A stretch of 64,000 bases of DNA. Origin: an uncultured Acidobacteriota bacterium. Its GTDB lineage: Bacteria > Acidobacteriota > Terriglobia > Terriglobales > Acidobacteriaceae. This document shows, one piece after another, positions 46,732 through 62,603 of the stretch. Made by a program: the position numbers and the translations under genes. Within the stretch, counting starts at the first letter, position 1; each line of letters opens with the position of its first letter. The stretch covers positions 19,585-83,584 of the forward strand of contig CAVTVE010000005.1 of NCBI GenBank assembly GCA_963738165.1, given 5' to 3'. The notes beneath the pieces were generated by a model, which was not told the DNA's origin, ran no database searches, and worked only from the letters and a program-made list of their open reading frames with translations.

Positions 46732-47796
46732 ATGGAGCGAAAGAAATTGTCTCAAGCATTGATTGCCGGAGCTGCCACCGTAGGAGCCGCGGGTCTGCTG
46801 GCCGGGGTAGGGGCCGTGTTAACAGGGCGGGCGATATGGGATGCGGTCACAGCTACAACTTCCTTTTCCGGCAAAGTGGTGCTCATCACCGGTGCTAGCC
46901 GCGGTTTGGGGCTGGCCTTGGCGGAAGAGTGCGCAAGACAGGGCTGCCGTCTGGCAATCTGTGCACGCGATCAGCAATCATTAAGGCGCGCCGAGGCTGA
47001 ACTGCGCGGAAGGCGGGCCGAGGTGCTGGCGCTCCGCTGCGACATCTCGAAGCGGCACGATGTGGAAGAAATGATAAGCAAGGTGATCAACCAATACGGA
47101 ACAATTGACGTATTAATCAACAACGCAGGAACGATTGTTGTGGGACCCCTAAGCTCGCAATCGCCGGACGATTTCAAGGAGGCAATGGACGTGATGTTCT
47201 GGGGTGCGGTTCACACCACCCTTCTCGTACTTCCTCACATGCTGGAGCGGCACCAGGGACGGATCGCCAATATCACCTCAATCGGCGGAAAGATAGCAGT
47301 TCCGCATCTGTTGCCCTATTCGGCAGCAAAGTTTGCGCTCGTCGGTTTCTCTGAGGGCATCACCGCCGAACTTGCGGCAGAAGGTATTCAAGTCACCACC
47401 GTAGTCCCTGGATTGATGCGCACCGGTTCTCATCTCAATGCATTCTTTAAAGGTGACAATCGTTCTGAATACGCATGGTTTGGCATCTCCGCCAGCGCTC
47501 CTTTTCTGGCCATGGATGCGGCACGGGCCGCAAAAAAAATTGTGCATGCAATCCGTCGTGGCGATGCGGAATTGATTCTTGGCTTACCCGCAAAGCTCGC
47601 AGCCTTGGCCCATGGCGTGGCTCCTGCGGCCACAGTGCGCGCATTAGGCGCAGTGAATCGTCTCATGCCGGCTGCGTCGAAACATGACGAAGTTCGCCAT
47701 CGTGGGCACCAGAGCGAGAGCACGCCCACAAAGAGTCCACTGACTGCTTTTGGGAAACGTGCTGCGAAGCGTTGGAACCAGCAGAAACTCGCCTGA
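46732..47796 (+). CDS. SDR-family oxidoreductase with N-terminal membrane anchor
   Basis: ATG 46732 is preceded by AGGAG. VVLITGASRGLGLALAEE (TGxxxGxG), NNAG, and YSAAK catalytic motif. Confidence 0.85.
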   Translation: MERKKLSQALIAGAATVGAAGLLAGVGAVLTGRAIWDAVTATTSFSGKVVLITGASRGLGLALAEECARQGCRLAICARDQQSLRRAEAELRGRRAEVLALRCDISKRHDVEEMISKVINQYGTIDVLINNAGTIVVGPLSSQSPDDFKEAMDVMFWGAVHTTLLVLPHMLERHQGRIANITSIGGKIAVPHLLPYSAAKFALVGFSEGITAELAAEGIQVTTVVPGLMRTGSHLNAFFKGDNRSEYAWFGISASAPFLAMDAARAAKKIVHAIRRGDAELILGLPAKLAALAHGVAPAATVRALGAVNRLMPAASKHDEVRHRGHQSESTPTKSPLTAFGKRAAKRWNQQKLA

Positions 47797-47846
47797 GATT
47801 TTCGGTCAGTCCGCACAGCGCCGCGCGATCAGTGATATTGGCGTGC

Positions 47847-48497
47847 TTAGGGGTTTTGTTGGCGGCGTGCTGAGTGATCCACACGCGCCCAGAAAGCGAT
47901 AAAGTAATCAACCGCCGAGAGCAGCGAAACGAAGAGCATGAACCAGATCGAGATCCGTGCGATGAGTTCGACTCCGATGATGAAGCCGAAAAAGTTCCAC
48001 TCATACCAGCGGTGAGCAAGAATCGCCGCGACCACAGCGACAATCTGCAGAACCATCTTCAGCTTACCCAGATCGCGCGCCTGGATTGCAAAACCCTCAG
48101 TCGCAGCCACGCTGCGCAAACCGCTAATCAGAAACTCCCGGCCCAGCACCAGAACAACAATCCAGGGCGGCATGAGATTCGGCGTAAAACGAACAAGAAG
48201 GATCAAGCCGGCGGCGACCAGAAGCTTGTCTGCCATCGGGTCTAGCAGCATGCCCATGCTGCTGATCTGGCCATACCTGCGTGCAAGGTAGCCATCTAGC
48301 CCGTCGGTGATTGAGGCAAGAATAAAGATCCCAGCCGCCACCAGCTCCTGCTCACCTGGACGAAAAATATGGCTGGACAGCACCCAGATCAAAAAAGGAA
48401 TACAGCCAATTCTGCTCAAGGTAATCGAATTTGGCAGGTTCAACAAATCAAACCATCCGGAAGGGCGGGAAGTCTCTTCGTGATTATGCTGGATCAA
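47847..48497 (-). CDS. pgsA: CDP-alcohol phosphatidyltransferase (CDP-diacylglycerol-glycerol-3-phosphate 3-phosphatidyltransferase-like)
   Basis: DGLDGYLARRYGQISSMGMLLDPMADKLL matches D-x2-D-G-x2-A-R-x8-G-x3-D-x3-D. Confidence 0.85.
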   Translation of the reverse strand: MIQHNHEETSRPSGWFDLLNLPNSITLSRIGCIPFLIWVLSSHIFRPGEQELVAAGIFILASITDGLDGYLARRYGQISSMGMLLDPMADKLLVAAGLILLVRFTPNLMPPWIVVLVLGREFLISGLRSVAATEGFAIQARDLGKLKMVLQIVAVVAAILAHRWYEWNFFGFIIGVELIARISIWFMLFVSLLSAVDYFIAFWARVDHSARRQQNP

Positions 48498-48648
48498 TCG
48501 TCGAAAAGCAACGCATCACGACCGCTGCGCTGCCCCTCAAAGCCGGGTGCAGCCGCACAAAATTCACCGTTCGCAACCCGGGCTTCAGGCTGATTACGTC
48601 TCCGCATTTTGTAGCAGCGCACTCTGCTGGTTATACTTCAAACCAGCA

Positions 48649-49692
48649 ATGGCCAACATCTTATATGGAGTCAACGGCGAAGGCGCGGGGCACTCCACCC
48701 GCTCGCGAGAGATTATTCTTCACCTGCAACGCAGCGGACACCACGTAGTCGCCGCCTCCTTCGACCGCGGCCTGCACAATCTCGCCGACGTTTGCGAAGT
48801 GCTCGAAATTCACGGCTTCCGCTTCACTTACGTCAATAACGCCGTGCGCTACAACCGAACCCTTGCCCGCAGCCTCTTCCAGGCGCGCAGGGCAACGCGA
48901 GGCATCAAGGAGCTCACCCGCCTCATCGACCAGCGCGGCATCGATCTGGTCATCACCGACTTTGAGCCGCTCACCTGCCGCGCCGGGCGCCGCCGCAAGC
49001 TTCCCGTCATCTCCATCGACAATCAGCACATCATGACGCACTTCAAGGTGGCCACACCGCCCAAAAGCCGCACCGACGCCACCGCCTGCAAAATGCTCGT
49101 GCGCATGATGACTCCCCACGCGACCCATTATCTGGTGACCTCGTTCTTCGATGCACCGGGCCTCCGCCGCAACTCCGAACTCGTGCCGCCGATCCTCCGC
49201 CGCCAGATTCTTGACGCCGTGCCAACCGCCGAAGGCCCCATCCTCGTCTACGTTACCTCACCCGCGCCTGCGCTCGTCAAAGTGCTCTCCTCAGTGCGCG
49301 CCGAGTTCATCGCCTACGGCTTTGGCCGCGAAGGACGCGAGGGAAACATCCTCTACAAAAAGCCCGGCTTCCAGACCTTCTTCGACGACCTCGTCCGCGC
49401 CCAGGCAATCATCGCCAACGCCGGATTTTCTCTGGTCACCGAAGCGCTGCACCTCGGCAAGCCCTATCTCGCCGTCCCCGTCCGCAATCAATTCGAGCAG
49501 ACCTTTAACGCCTTCTGGCTGGGCCGCACCGGCTACGGCGCATTTTGGGAGGAGTTGACCAAAGAGCACGTCGAATCGTTCCTCTTCAACGTGCCGCACT
49601 TCCGCGAGAAGCTCGCCGAGTACCCCAAGACGTCAAACGAGGAGCTGTTCGCAAAGATCGACGCGCTGATCGCATCGCGACTGAAGTTGTAG
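48649..49692 (+). CDS. Glycosyltransferase (GT-B fold, MJ1255-like family)
   Basis: Probable start MANILYGVNGEGAGHSTRSREI within ORF 48547-49692. C-terminal IANAGFSLVTEALHLGKPYLAVPV is a nucleotide-sugar-binding pattern. Confidence 0.65.
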   Translation: MANILYGVNGEGAGHSTRSREIILHLQRSGHHVVAASFDRGLHNLADVCEVLEIHGFRFTYVNNAVRYNRTLARSLFQARRATRGIKELTRLIDQRGIDLVITDFEPLTCRAGRRRKLPVISIDNQHIMTHFKVATPPKSRTDATACKMLVRMMTPHATHYLVTSFFDAPGLRRNSELVPPILRRQILDAVPTAEGPILVYVTSPAPALVKVLSSVRAEFIAYGFGREGREGNILYKKPGFQTFFDDLVRAQAIIANAGFSLVTEALHLGKPYLAVPVRNQFEQTFNAFWLGRTGYGAFWEELTKEHVESFLFNVPHFREKLAEYPKTSNEELFAKIDALIASRLKL

Positions 49693-49727
49693 TATCGTGA
49701 GTAGCGGAATTTGCCTTATGTTGCTTG

Positions 49728-51873
<2,146 letters not shown>

Positions 51874-52776
51874 TTACTTTCCAAACCTCTGCGTGATCGG
51901 CCCATAGGCGTCGATGCGGCGGTCGCGCAGGAATGGCCAGTTGCGGCGAATCTCTTCCTGCAGCTTCACGTCCACGGTCCCCACCAGAATCTCTTCCTTA
52001 TCGTGCGAAGCCTGTGCAACGATGCGTCCAAATGGATCGGCCAAAAACGAGCCGCCCCAGAACTCCAGCCCCGCGCCCTTTACCTCGTTACCGCGAATGT
52101 TGCCAGTCTCATGCCCCACGCGATTCACCGCGCCCACAAACACTCCATTCGCCACGGCGTGCGCTCGCTGAATGGTGAACCAGGCCTCGTACTGTGCCGC
52201 GCCCCACTCTTCCTTTTCCGCCGGATGCCAGCCAATCGCCGTGGGGTAGAAGATTACGTTCGCCCCTTGCAGCGCCGTCAGCCGCGCCCCCTCCGGATAC
52301 CACTGGTCCCAGCACACCAGCGTTCCCACCGAGCCCTCTTCCAGCTCAAAGCTCTTGAAGCCAAGATCGCCCGGCGTGAAGTAGTACTTCTCGTAGTAGA
52401 GCGGATCGTCCGGGATGTGCATCTTGCGGTAAATGCCGCGGATCTCGCCATCGCTGCCAATCACAACCGCCGTGTTGTGGTAGAGCCCCGGAGCGCGCCG
52501 CTCAAACAGGGAGACCTCAATCGCAACCTTCAGCTCCCGGGCCAAGGCGCAGAATCGTCCCGTGCTCGGTCCCGGAATCGGCTCTGCCAAGTCAAATAGC
52601 GCAGTGTCCTCGCGCTGGCAGAAATACTGAGTCAAAAACAGCTCCGGCAGGCAGATGACCTGCGCTCCCCGGCGCGCGGCCTCGCGCACGTGTGCCACCG
52701 CCCGCTCCAGGTTCTCCTGCGGCTCCGGCGAACAGCACATCTGTATCAGGCCAACCTCGAATTTTCCGCTCGCCAC
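51874..52776 (-). CDS. aguB: N-carbamoylputrescine amidase (CN-hydrolase family)
   Basis: Nitrilase-superfamily pattern: ICLPELF (Glu), YRKMHIPD (Lys), LVCWDQWYPE (Cys). It directly abuts aguA. Confidence 0.85.
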   Translation of the reverse strand: MASGKFEVGLIQMCCSPEPQENLERAVAHVREAARRGAQVICLPELFLTQYFCQREDTALFDLAEPIPGPSTGRFCALARELKVAIEVSLFERRAPGLYHNTAVVIGSDGEIRGIYRKMHIPDDPLYYEKYYFTPGDLGFKSFELEEGSVGTLVCWDQWYPEGARLTALQGANVIFYPTAIGWHPAEKEEWGAAQYEAWFTIQRAHAVANGVFVGAVNRVGHETGNIRGNEVKGAGLEFWGGSFLADPFGRIVAQASHDKEEILVGTVDVKLQEEIRRNWPFLRDRRIDAYGPITQRFGK

Positions 52777-52882
52777 TCGTTCCTCCGGCTTTCCATCAGA
52801 GTCATCGCTAGAATATCAAAGCGGAAAGGCCGTCCAATGATATGCTTTTCCATTGGCTGGATACCCTAATGGATGGATACCC

Positions 52883-53386
52883 ATGACCACCCTGACCAAA
52901 CGCGTTGACGACAAGGCCCAGCTCTCGCACGAATCCATCCGCGAGGCCGAGGAGAGTTTCTATTCCCACCTGAAGCGAGTCGGCCTGAAGCACACCGGCC
53001 AGCGCGACGCCATCCTGCGCACCTTCCTGGAGACCCACGACCATCTCTCCACCGAAGAGCTGCACCACCTTGTCCAGCGCAGCGATCCCCGCATCGGCTT
53101 CACCACCGTCTACCGCACCCTCAAGTTGCTCGCCGAGTGCGGCCTCGCCAGCGAGGTCGAGTTCCACGACGGCGTCACCCGTTACGAGCGCCAGTATAAC
53201 CGGCGCAGCCATCACCACATGGTCTGCACCGAGTGCGGCACCTCGGTCGAGTTCTTCTCCCCGGAGATCGAAAAAGTAGAACAAGAGATCGGCCGCAAAC
53301 ACCGCTACCTCACCACCCGCCACACCTTCCAAATCTACGGCATCTGCGACCAGTGCCAGAAGAAAAAGCCCGCCCGTCGGCGATAG
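52883..53386 (+). CDS. Fur-family metalloregulator
   Basis: TGQRDAILRTFLETHDHLSTEELHH, GFTTVYRTLKLLAECGL, HHHMVCTECG...CDQC. Confidence 0.85.
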   Translation: MTTLTKRVDDKAQLSHESIREAEESFYSHLKRVGLKHTGQRDAILRTFLETHDHLSTEELHHLVQRSDPRIGFTTVYRTLKLLAECGLASEVEFHDGVTRYERQYNRRSHHHMVCTECGTSVEFFSPEIEKVEQEIGRKHRYLTTRHTFQIYGICDQCQKKKPARRR

Positions 53387-53618
53387 TCAAACGGCTTGTC
53401 CTGAACGCTAGATTGCAGCAGCACAGTTTCCGAGTTGTCGACCACTCACCCGGAACCAAGGAATCCTAAGACGCCCAGCCACTCCGCTGGCGATTCTCCC
53501 GTTCGCTATGTCTCTGCCTTACCTCTTGTCTTCCGATCGAGGCCACAAAAACCGAGAATGCCGAGCAACCCCGAAAACCGCCCCGGCGACAGAGTAAGGA
53601 ACAACAGGAGAGTAAAAG

Positions 53619-55976
53619 ATGCAATCGGGGAAAAAGAACGTCGGCTCGATGGACCGTACCGTGCTGCCCGTCCCTGAGCCTCAGTATCCGCCGATCACCG
53701 AGCTTGATGTGCACAATGCACAAGCCCCGCCACGGTTCCAGGTGAAAGCGCCGAAAGGCGCGCCGAACGTGGTGGTCATCCTTCTCGACAACTTCGGCTT
53801 CGGTGACGGATCGACATTCGGAGGACCTATCCAGATGCCGACGCTGGACCGCCTGGCCGAGACCGGGCTTCGCTACAACAATTTCAAAGTCCCTCCGTTA
53901 TGTTCGCCCAGCCGCGTGGCTATGATTACTGGCCGCAATAGCCATAGCGCAAACTTCGGCGTGATCTCGGAAATTGCCACCGCGTTTCCGGGGTACACCG
54001 CGATGCGTCCTCCCAGCGTCACGATGCTGCCCGAGATCTTGCGGCTCAACGGTTACAGCACCGCCATGTTCGGCAAGTGTCACGAGCTGGGGCCCTGGGA
54101 AGCCAGCGTTGTCGGACCGTTCGACCGCTGGCCCATGCATAGCGGGTTTGAGCGGTTCTACGGCTTCATGTCCGGCGAGGCTGACCTGTTTCATCCGGTC
54201 ATTTACGACAACATGAACAGGGTGGATCTGAATCCCGGCCCCGATTACTACGCCAGCACCGACATAACGGATAGAGCCATCGAGTGGATGCGTTCCCAGC
54301 ATTCGCTGGCCCCCGACAAGCCATTTTTCGTCTACTATTCCGCCATTGGCACTCACGGCCCGTTCCAGGTGCCCGAGAACTGGCGCGACAAGTACAAGGG
54401 CAAGTTCGACCAGGGCTGGGACCAGGTGCGAAAGGAAACGCTGGCCCGCCAGATCAAAATGGGGGTTGTGCCGCCGGGCACCGAACTCGCCCCCAAGCCG
54501 GCGGGTATCCAGGAATGGGACGAGTTGACGGCCGACGAGAAAAAGGTGTTTGCCAGGTACATGGAAATCTATGCCGCCTTTGCCGAGGTGACCGACTACG
54601 AAGTCGGGCGTTTCCTGGGCGCGATCGAAGACCTGGGCGAAATGGACAACACGCTGGTCTTTTACATCACCGGCGACAATGGCTCGGTTTTTCAGGGCGG
54701 CCCCATCGGCGCCTTCAATGAGATATCCGTGTTCAACGGACTGCCAGAGCCGCTTGACGTAGCACTGAAAAACCTCGACAAATTCGGCGGGCCCCAATCC
54801 CACATTTTGTATCCCAACGGCTGGGCTTTCGCCGGGGCCACGCCCTTTGCCTGGGGCCACCAGGTGGCCTCCTACGGCGGCATTTGCCAGCCCATTGTGG
54901 TCCATTGGCCGAAAGGCATCAAGGAGAAGGGCGGCCTGCGTACGCAGTGGTACCACATGATTGACATCGCCCCGACGGTGTTAGAGGCCGTTGGGCTGCC
55001 CGAGCCAGACGTCGTATATGGTGTCCGGCAGAAACCCATCGAAGGTGTGAGCATGCTCCACACCTTTAATGACGCGGGGGCGAAATCGCGCCACACCACG
55101 CAATACTTCGAGATGGCGGGCAACCGGGGTATCTACCAGGACGGGTGGTTTGCCACCACGGTGCACCGCCCGCCGTGGGAGGCTAAGCCGCGCGCTACAT
55201 TTGCCAAAGACAAGTGGGAGCTTTACAACGTAGAGCAAGACTTCAGTTGTGCGCATGACCTTGCCGCGAAGTACCCCGAGAAACTTGAGAAGCTAAAGGG
55301 AGTTTTCCTGGAAGAGGCCGTCAAATATAACGTACTGCCGCTTGACGATCGCGCATGGGAACGCTTCAACGCCGCCTTGGCGGGCCGTCCGGATCTGCTG
55401 GAAGGTCGCACCGAGATGACGGTCTACGAAGGAATGAAAGGAATACCCGAGAATGGGTTCATCAACATCAAGAACCGGTCCTTTGTGGTTACGGCCGACA
55501 TCGAAGTCCCCGAGGCGGGCGCTAAAGGGGTGATCCTCGCCCAAGGCGGGGAAATGGGCGGCTGGAGTCTTTATGTCAAGGACGGCGCACCCAGGTTCGC
55601 CTACAACTTTCTCGCTCGCGAGACTTACAAGATCGTTGGCCCCGACCCCCTGCCTGCCGGGAAGGTGATACTCCGCTTCGAGTTTGCTTACGATGGTGGG
55701 AGGCCCGGCGCGGGGGGAAAAGGTTTGATGTTCGTCAACGGTGCAGAGGTCGCCACAGGGCGGATCGAGCAGACTCACCCGAACGCGTTTGGCGCGGAAA
55801 CGACTGACGTGGGCGAGAACCTCTATACGGCCGTCAGTGACGACTACAAGGTGGGTGATAACAAGTTCACCGGCAAGATTAACAAGGTGACCATCCAGGT
55901 CGGGAAATCGAACCTCAGCGAGGAGGCACAGAGGGCTGTCGAAGAACTGCGTATGAAGAAAGTGCTGATCGGATAA
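53619..55976 (+). CDS. Arylsulfatase (formylglycine-dependent sulfatase family)
   Basis: VVVILLDNFGFGD and sulfatase signature PLCSPSRVAMITGRN (C-x-P-x-R). AGGAG RBS. Confidence 0.85.
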   Translation: MQSGKKNVGSMDRTVLPVPEPQYPPITELDVHNAQAPPRFQVKAPKGAPNVVVILLDNFGFGDGSTFGGPIQMPTLDRLAETGLRYNNFKVPPLCSPSRVAMITGRNSHSANFGVISEIATAFPGYTAMRPPSVTMLPEILRLNGYSTAMFGKCHELGPWEASVVGPFDRWPMHSGFERFYGFMSGEADLFHPVIYDNMNRVDLNPGPDYYASTDITDRAIEWMRSQHSLAPDKPFFVYYSAIGTHGPFQVPENWRDKYKGKFDQGWDQVRKETLARQIKMGVVPPGTELAPKPAGIQEWDELTADEKKVFARYMEIYAAFAEVTDYEVGRFLGAIEDLGEMDNTLVFYITGDNGSVFQGGPIGAFNEISVFNGLPEPLDVALKNLDKFGGPQSHILYPNGWAFAGATPFAWGHQVASYGGICQPIVVHWPKGIKEKGGLRTQWYHMIDIAPTVLEAVGLPEPDVVYGVRQKPIEGVSMLHTFNDAGAKSRHTTQYFEMAGNRGIYQDGWFATTVHRPPWEAKPRATFAKDKWELYNVEQDFSCAHDLAAKYPEKLEKLKGVFLEEAVKYNVLPLDDRAWERFNAALAGRPDLLEGRTEMTVYEGMKGIPENGFINIKNRSFVVTADIEVPEAGAKGVILAQGGEMGGWSLYVKDGAPRFAYNFLARETYKIVGPDPLPAGKVILRFEFAYDGGRPGAGGKGLMFVNGAEVATGRIEQTHPNAFGAETTDVGENLYTAVSDDYKVGDNKFTGKINKVTIQVGKSNLSEEAQRAVEELRMKKVLIG

Positions 55977-56183
55977 TCGTGCCGTGCACTCGTTCAAAGG
56001 GGGCCGTCGGCTCGCGATGGCTTCCCCTTTTAATAAGAAAAGATGCTTACGATTCAATCCGCATGGATGCTGCCAATTGTTGGCAGACCAGGGGCAATCC
56101 GGAAATTGACCCAGTACCGCGCGGCACCTGCTCTTGACACTGAGTATTGAAACCATATATCTCTAAGGGCTTTCCTTCCGCTC

Positions 56184-57212
56184 GTGCAGCGCGGGAAGCG
56201 CGCGGTGACTCGCGTGTCTTTTGAAAGGGAACCATTGATCATCAAGGTTTTTTATCACGACAAATGTTTTGACGGAGCCTGCTCGGCCTCGCTGTTTACG
56301 CGCTTCTACCGCGAGCGCATCCGCCGCCACGCCGACTTCCAGTACCAGGGACTGCTGCATCGTGCCGGAGCGCTCTTCAACCTCGACGACTTCACTGGCG
56401 ACGAAAACGCCATCGTCGATTTCAAATATCTCGCCTCGGACAAACTGACCTGGTGGTTCGACCATCACCAGAGCGCCTTCCTCTCCGAAGAGGATCAGGA
56501 GCACTTCGAGCGCCAGGAGAGCAACAAAAAGTTTTTCGATCCCGACTTCAAGTCCTGCACCAAATTTCTCGCAACGGTCGCGCAGGACCGCTTCGGCTTT
56601 GACATCGAACCCGTGGCCGATCTCGTCGAGTGGGCAGACATCGTCGACGGAGCATCGTATGAGAGCGCCGAAGTCGCCGTCGGCATGAAGGAACCGGCGA
56701 TGCGCATCACCATGGCCCTCGAATCCAACCAGGACCCGGCGTTCATTCCGCGGCTCATCGAACTGCTCGCCTATCGCCCGTTGGAGGAGATCGTCGCAAT
56801 GCCGTTCGTCGCTGCGCAGATTCCTCCGCTGCTGGAGCGCCACCAGCGATCCATCGATATCATCCGCGAGCACAGCGAGTTCCTCGACCGCACGATCTTC
56901 TTCGACGTCACCGGCTACGACCTCGAAGGCCACAACAAGTTCATCCCCTACTATCTCTATCCGGAGAGCGTCTACAGCGTGGGTCTGAGCAAGAGCAGCT
57001 TCCGCGTGAAGATCTCCGTCGGCTCCAATCCCTGGACCGACGCGGCGAACATGACGAATTTGGCGAAAATCTGCGAGCGCTATGGCGGCGGCGGACACGC
57101 GCGCGTGGGAGCCATCAGCTTTCCTCCTGGTGACTTCGCTCGTGCCACCCAGGCCGCCCAGGAGATCGTTCAGGAGTTGCGCGCCCATGCCCGCAAGCAC
57201 CACGCCGGGTAG
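56184..57212 (+). CDS. DHH/DHHA1-family phosphoesterase
   Basis: YHDKCFDGACSA, WWFDHHQS (DHH motif), C-terminal YGGGGHARVGAISF (DHHA1 GGGH). Confidence 0.7.
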   Translation: MQRGKRAVTRVSFEREPLIIKVFYHDKCFDGACSASLFTRFYRERIRRHADFQYQGLLHRAGALFNLDDFTGDENAIVDFKYLASDKLTWWFDHHQSAFLSEEDQEHFERQESNKKFFDPDFKSCTKFLATVAQDRFGFDIEPVADLVEWADIVDGASYESAEVAVGMKEPAMRITMALESNQDPAFIPRLIELLAYRPLEEIVAMPFVAAQIPPLLERHQRSIDIIREHSEFLDRTIFFDVTGYDLEGHNKFIPYYLYPESVYSVGLSKSSFRVKISVGSNPWTDAANMTNLAKICERYGGGGHARVGAISFPPGDFARATQAAQEIVQELRAHARKHHAG

Positions 57213-57379
57213 CGGGTTTCACGGCCAGCCCGGCAAGTGCGACAGTTGTTTACGTTCGAAGGTGCTAAGGCGCGAAGAACTGCCCGATCGGTTACGCGTG
57301 TGCCGCAAGCCATCGGCGACAACAGCAATCCTCTTCCTGAGAGACTCAGGAATCCAGTGCTGCTCGCCCCGGGTGTGAC

Positions 57380-57634
57380 TCAGGCGATCTTTTCGAAACT
57401 GACAGCAGCCGCCGCACCGAGCGGAGAGGCCGCGGCGCGTTCCGGTTCGCCCGACACAATCTTCATCTGGTTCCAGTCGTACGGAAACTCCTTCCCACAA
57501 TCGAGGCAGACCACATAGGTTCCCGTTAGGTCGGCGGCGTGCGAGTGATTGATGTCTGTTTTCTTAGCCGAAATTGGAAAGCTGTATTTCCGGTGCCAAC
57601 AGCCAAAGAGCATGTCGAAGACATTAGCCAACAT
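57380..57634 (-). CDS. Hypothetical small Cys-containing protein
   Basis: 84 aa. CWH...CLDCGKEF. No family recognised. Confidence 0.45.
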   Translation of the reverse strand: MLANVFDMLFGCWHRKYSFPISAKKTDINHSHAADLTGTYVVCLDCGKEFPYDWNQMKIVSGEPERAAASPLGAAAAVSFEKIA

Positions 57635-57898
57635 TGAGATCCTCCTGGTCCACTTGCTCGAATTCCAAATGCAAGAGTACTAAGGTCACTGTTACTTAGA
57701 TTCGTGGCAGGCCAGAAAGGTTCGACTCTAGCCAGAACTGAATTTGCTGCGAAATGAGCAGCTTACGTTCGTGGCTGCAATTATTTTCGGGCAAACCCGG
57801 GCCAAACGTTGCTTTCACCGCGATCTGTAACACGGAAAAGTGAGCTGCCCGGATTTCCTCAACCTCGCCCGCTGCCGGGGTTACAATCGGCATTAGCC

Positions 57899-61390
<3,492 letters not shown>

Positions 61391-61402
61391 TAGAAGGTAA
61401 GC

Positions 61403-62359
61403 ATGAAAGCTGCAACGGACGCGGATCAGGAACTGAAAAAAATTGAGCTCCAGATCGAGCAACTGGAATTAGTTACCGGCCGCAATCACGAGGCGCAGAA
61501 GTATATCCGGGCGCTACAGGAGCGGGTGGTTGTGTTGCGCAAGCAGGTGACTCCGCGCTTTGTGGCATGGCAGCGCACGCAGTTGGCGCGCCACCCGCAG
61601 CGGCCTTACTTCCTGGATTACGTCGAGCATATGTTTACCGACTTCTCCGAGATTCATGGCGACCGCGGCTTCTCCGATGATGCTGCCATGATCTGCGGCA
61701 TGGCTCGCTTCCACGGCGAGGAAGTGCTGGTGCTGGGCACGCAAAAGGGCCGCGACACCAAGCAGAAGGTTTACCGCAACTTTGGAATGCCGAACCCCGA
61801 TGGCTACCGCAAGGCGATTCGAGCTATGCAGCTGGCGGAGAAGTTTGGGCGGCCGATATTTTCGTTTATAGATACGCCGGGAGCTTATCCTGGACTGGGA
61901 GCAGAGGAGCGCGGACAGGGCGAGGCAATCGCTTACAATCTGCGCGAGATGTCGCGGCTGAAGGTTCCCATCCTGGTGACGGTTACGGGCGAGGGCGGCT
62001 CCGGCGGAGCACTGGCGATTGCCGTGGGAGATCGCGTGTTCATGCTGGAAAACAGCGTCTATTCGGTGATCTCGCCCGAGGGCTGCGCATCCATCATGTG
62101 GCGCGATGCGATGAAACGCGAACTTGCGGCCGAGGCCATGCACATCACCGCAACGGACCTGATGGGCTTTGGCATCATCGACGGGATTGTCCCTGAGCCT
62201 GGCGAGGGCGCGCACACCGATTACGTGCAGATGGCGGAGAATCTCGACAAGGTGCTGGTTGAAAATCTGGCGGAGTTGAAGAAGCTGAGCACCACAGAGT
62301 TGCTCGACGGCCGCTACGAGAAATTCAGAACCATGGCTCAGTACTTCCGCGAGGAGTAG
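61403..62359 (+). CDS. accA: Acetyl-CoA carboxylase carboxyltransferase alpha subunit
   Basis: FIDTPGAYPGLGAEERGQGEAIAYNLREM, GEGGSGGALAI. Confidence 0.95.
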   Translation: MKAATDADQELKKIELQIEQLELVTGRNHEAQKYIRALQERVVVLRKQVTPRFVAWQRTQLARHPQRPYFLDYVEHMFTDFSEIHGDRGFSDDAAMICGMARFHGEEVLVLGTQKGRDTKQKVYRNFGMPNPDGYRKAIRAMQLAEKFGRPIFSFIDTPGAYPGLGAEERGQGEAIAYNLREMSRLKVPILVTVTGEGGSGGALAIAVGDRVFMLENSVYSVISPEGCASIMWRDAMKRELAAEAMHITATDLMGFGIIDGIVPEPGEGAHTDYVQMAENLDKVLVENLAELKKLSTTELLDGRYEKFRTMAQYFREE

Positions 62360-62404
62360 ACGGCGACTAAATCGGTCGACTAAATTAAAGGACACGAAGG
62401 ATTT

Positions 62405-62432
62405 GGGAGGATGATTCCTCCCATTTTCTTTT
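62405..62432 (+). terminator. Rho-independent terminator after accA
   Basis: GGGAGGA-TGAT-TCCTCCC, followed by ATTTTCTTTT. Confidence 0.7.
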
Positions 62433-62603
62433 CTGCCAGGATTCTTGATGGCCCTGACGCGCATCTCTGTTTGAGCGTGTGCGAAACGGCCTCGGGTCGG
62501 AGTTGACGGCAGACGTATAATTCTCTGGGGACAGTCACATGCTGCCGTGACCCTTAACCCTTGTGGGTTCAGTGATGCGTGCCTGTCGAAGGATGGCTTT
62601 TCA

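Noticed and set aside
53898-57203. Minus-strand ORFs of 352, 287 and 346 aa opposite the arylsulfatase and DHH phosphoesterase genes
   Set aside because: The plus-strand genes carry specific motifs (CSPSR sulfatase signature; DHH and GGGH). The antisense translations have no motifs and a biased composition.
62503-62521. TTGACG ... TATAAT promoter look-alike upstream of the oxidoreductase gene
   Set aside because: The spacer is only 7 nt instead of about 17, so it is not a credible sigma-70 promoter as arranged.
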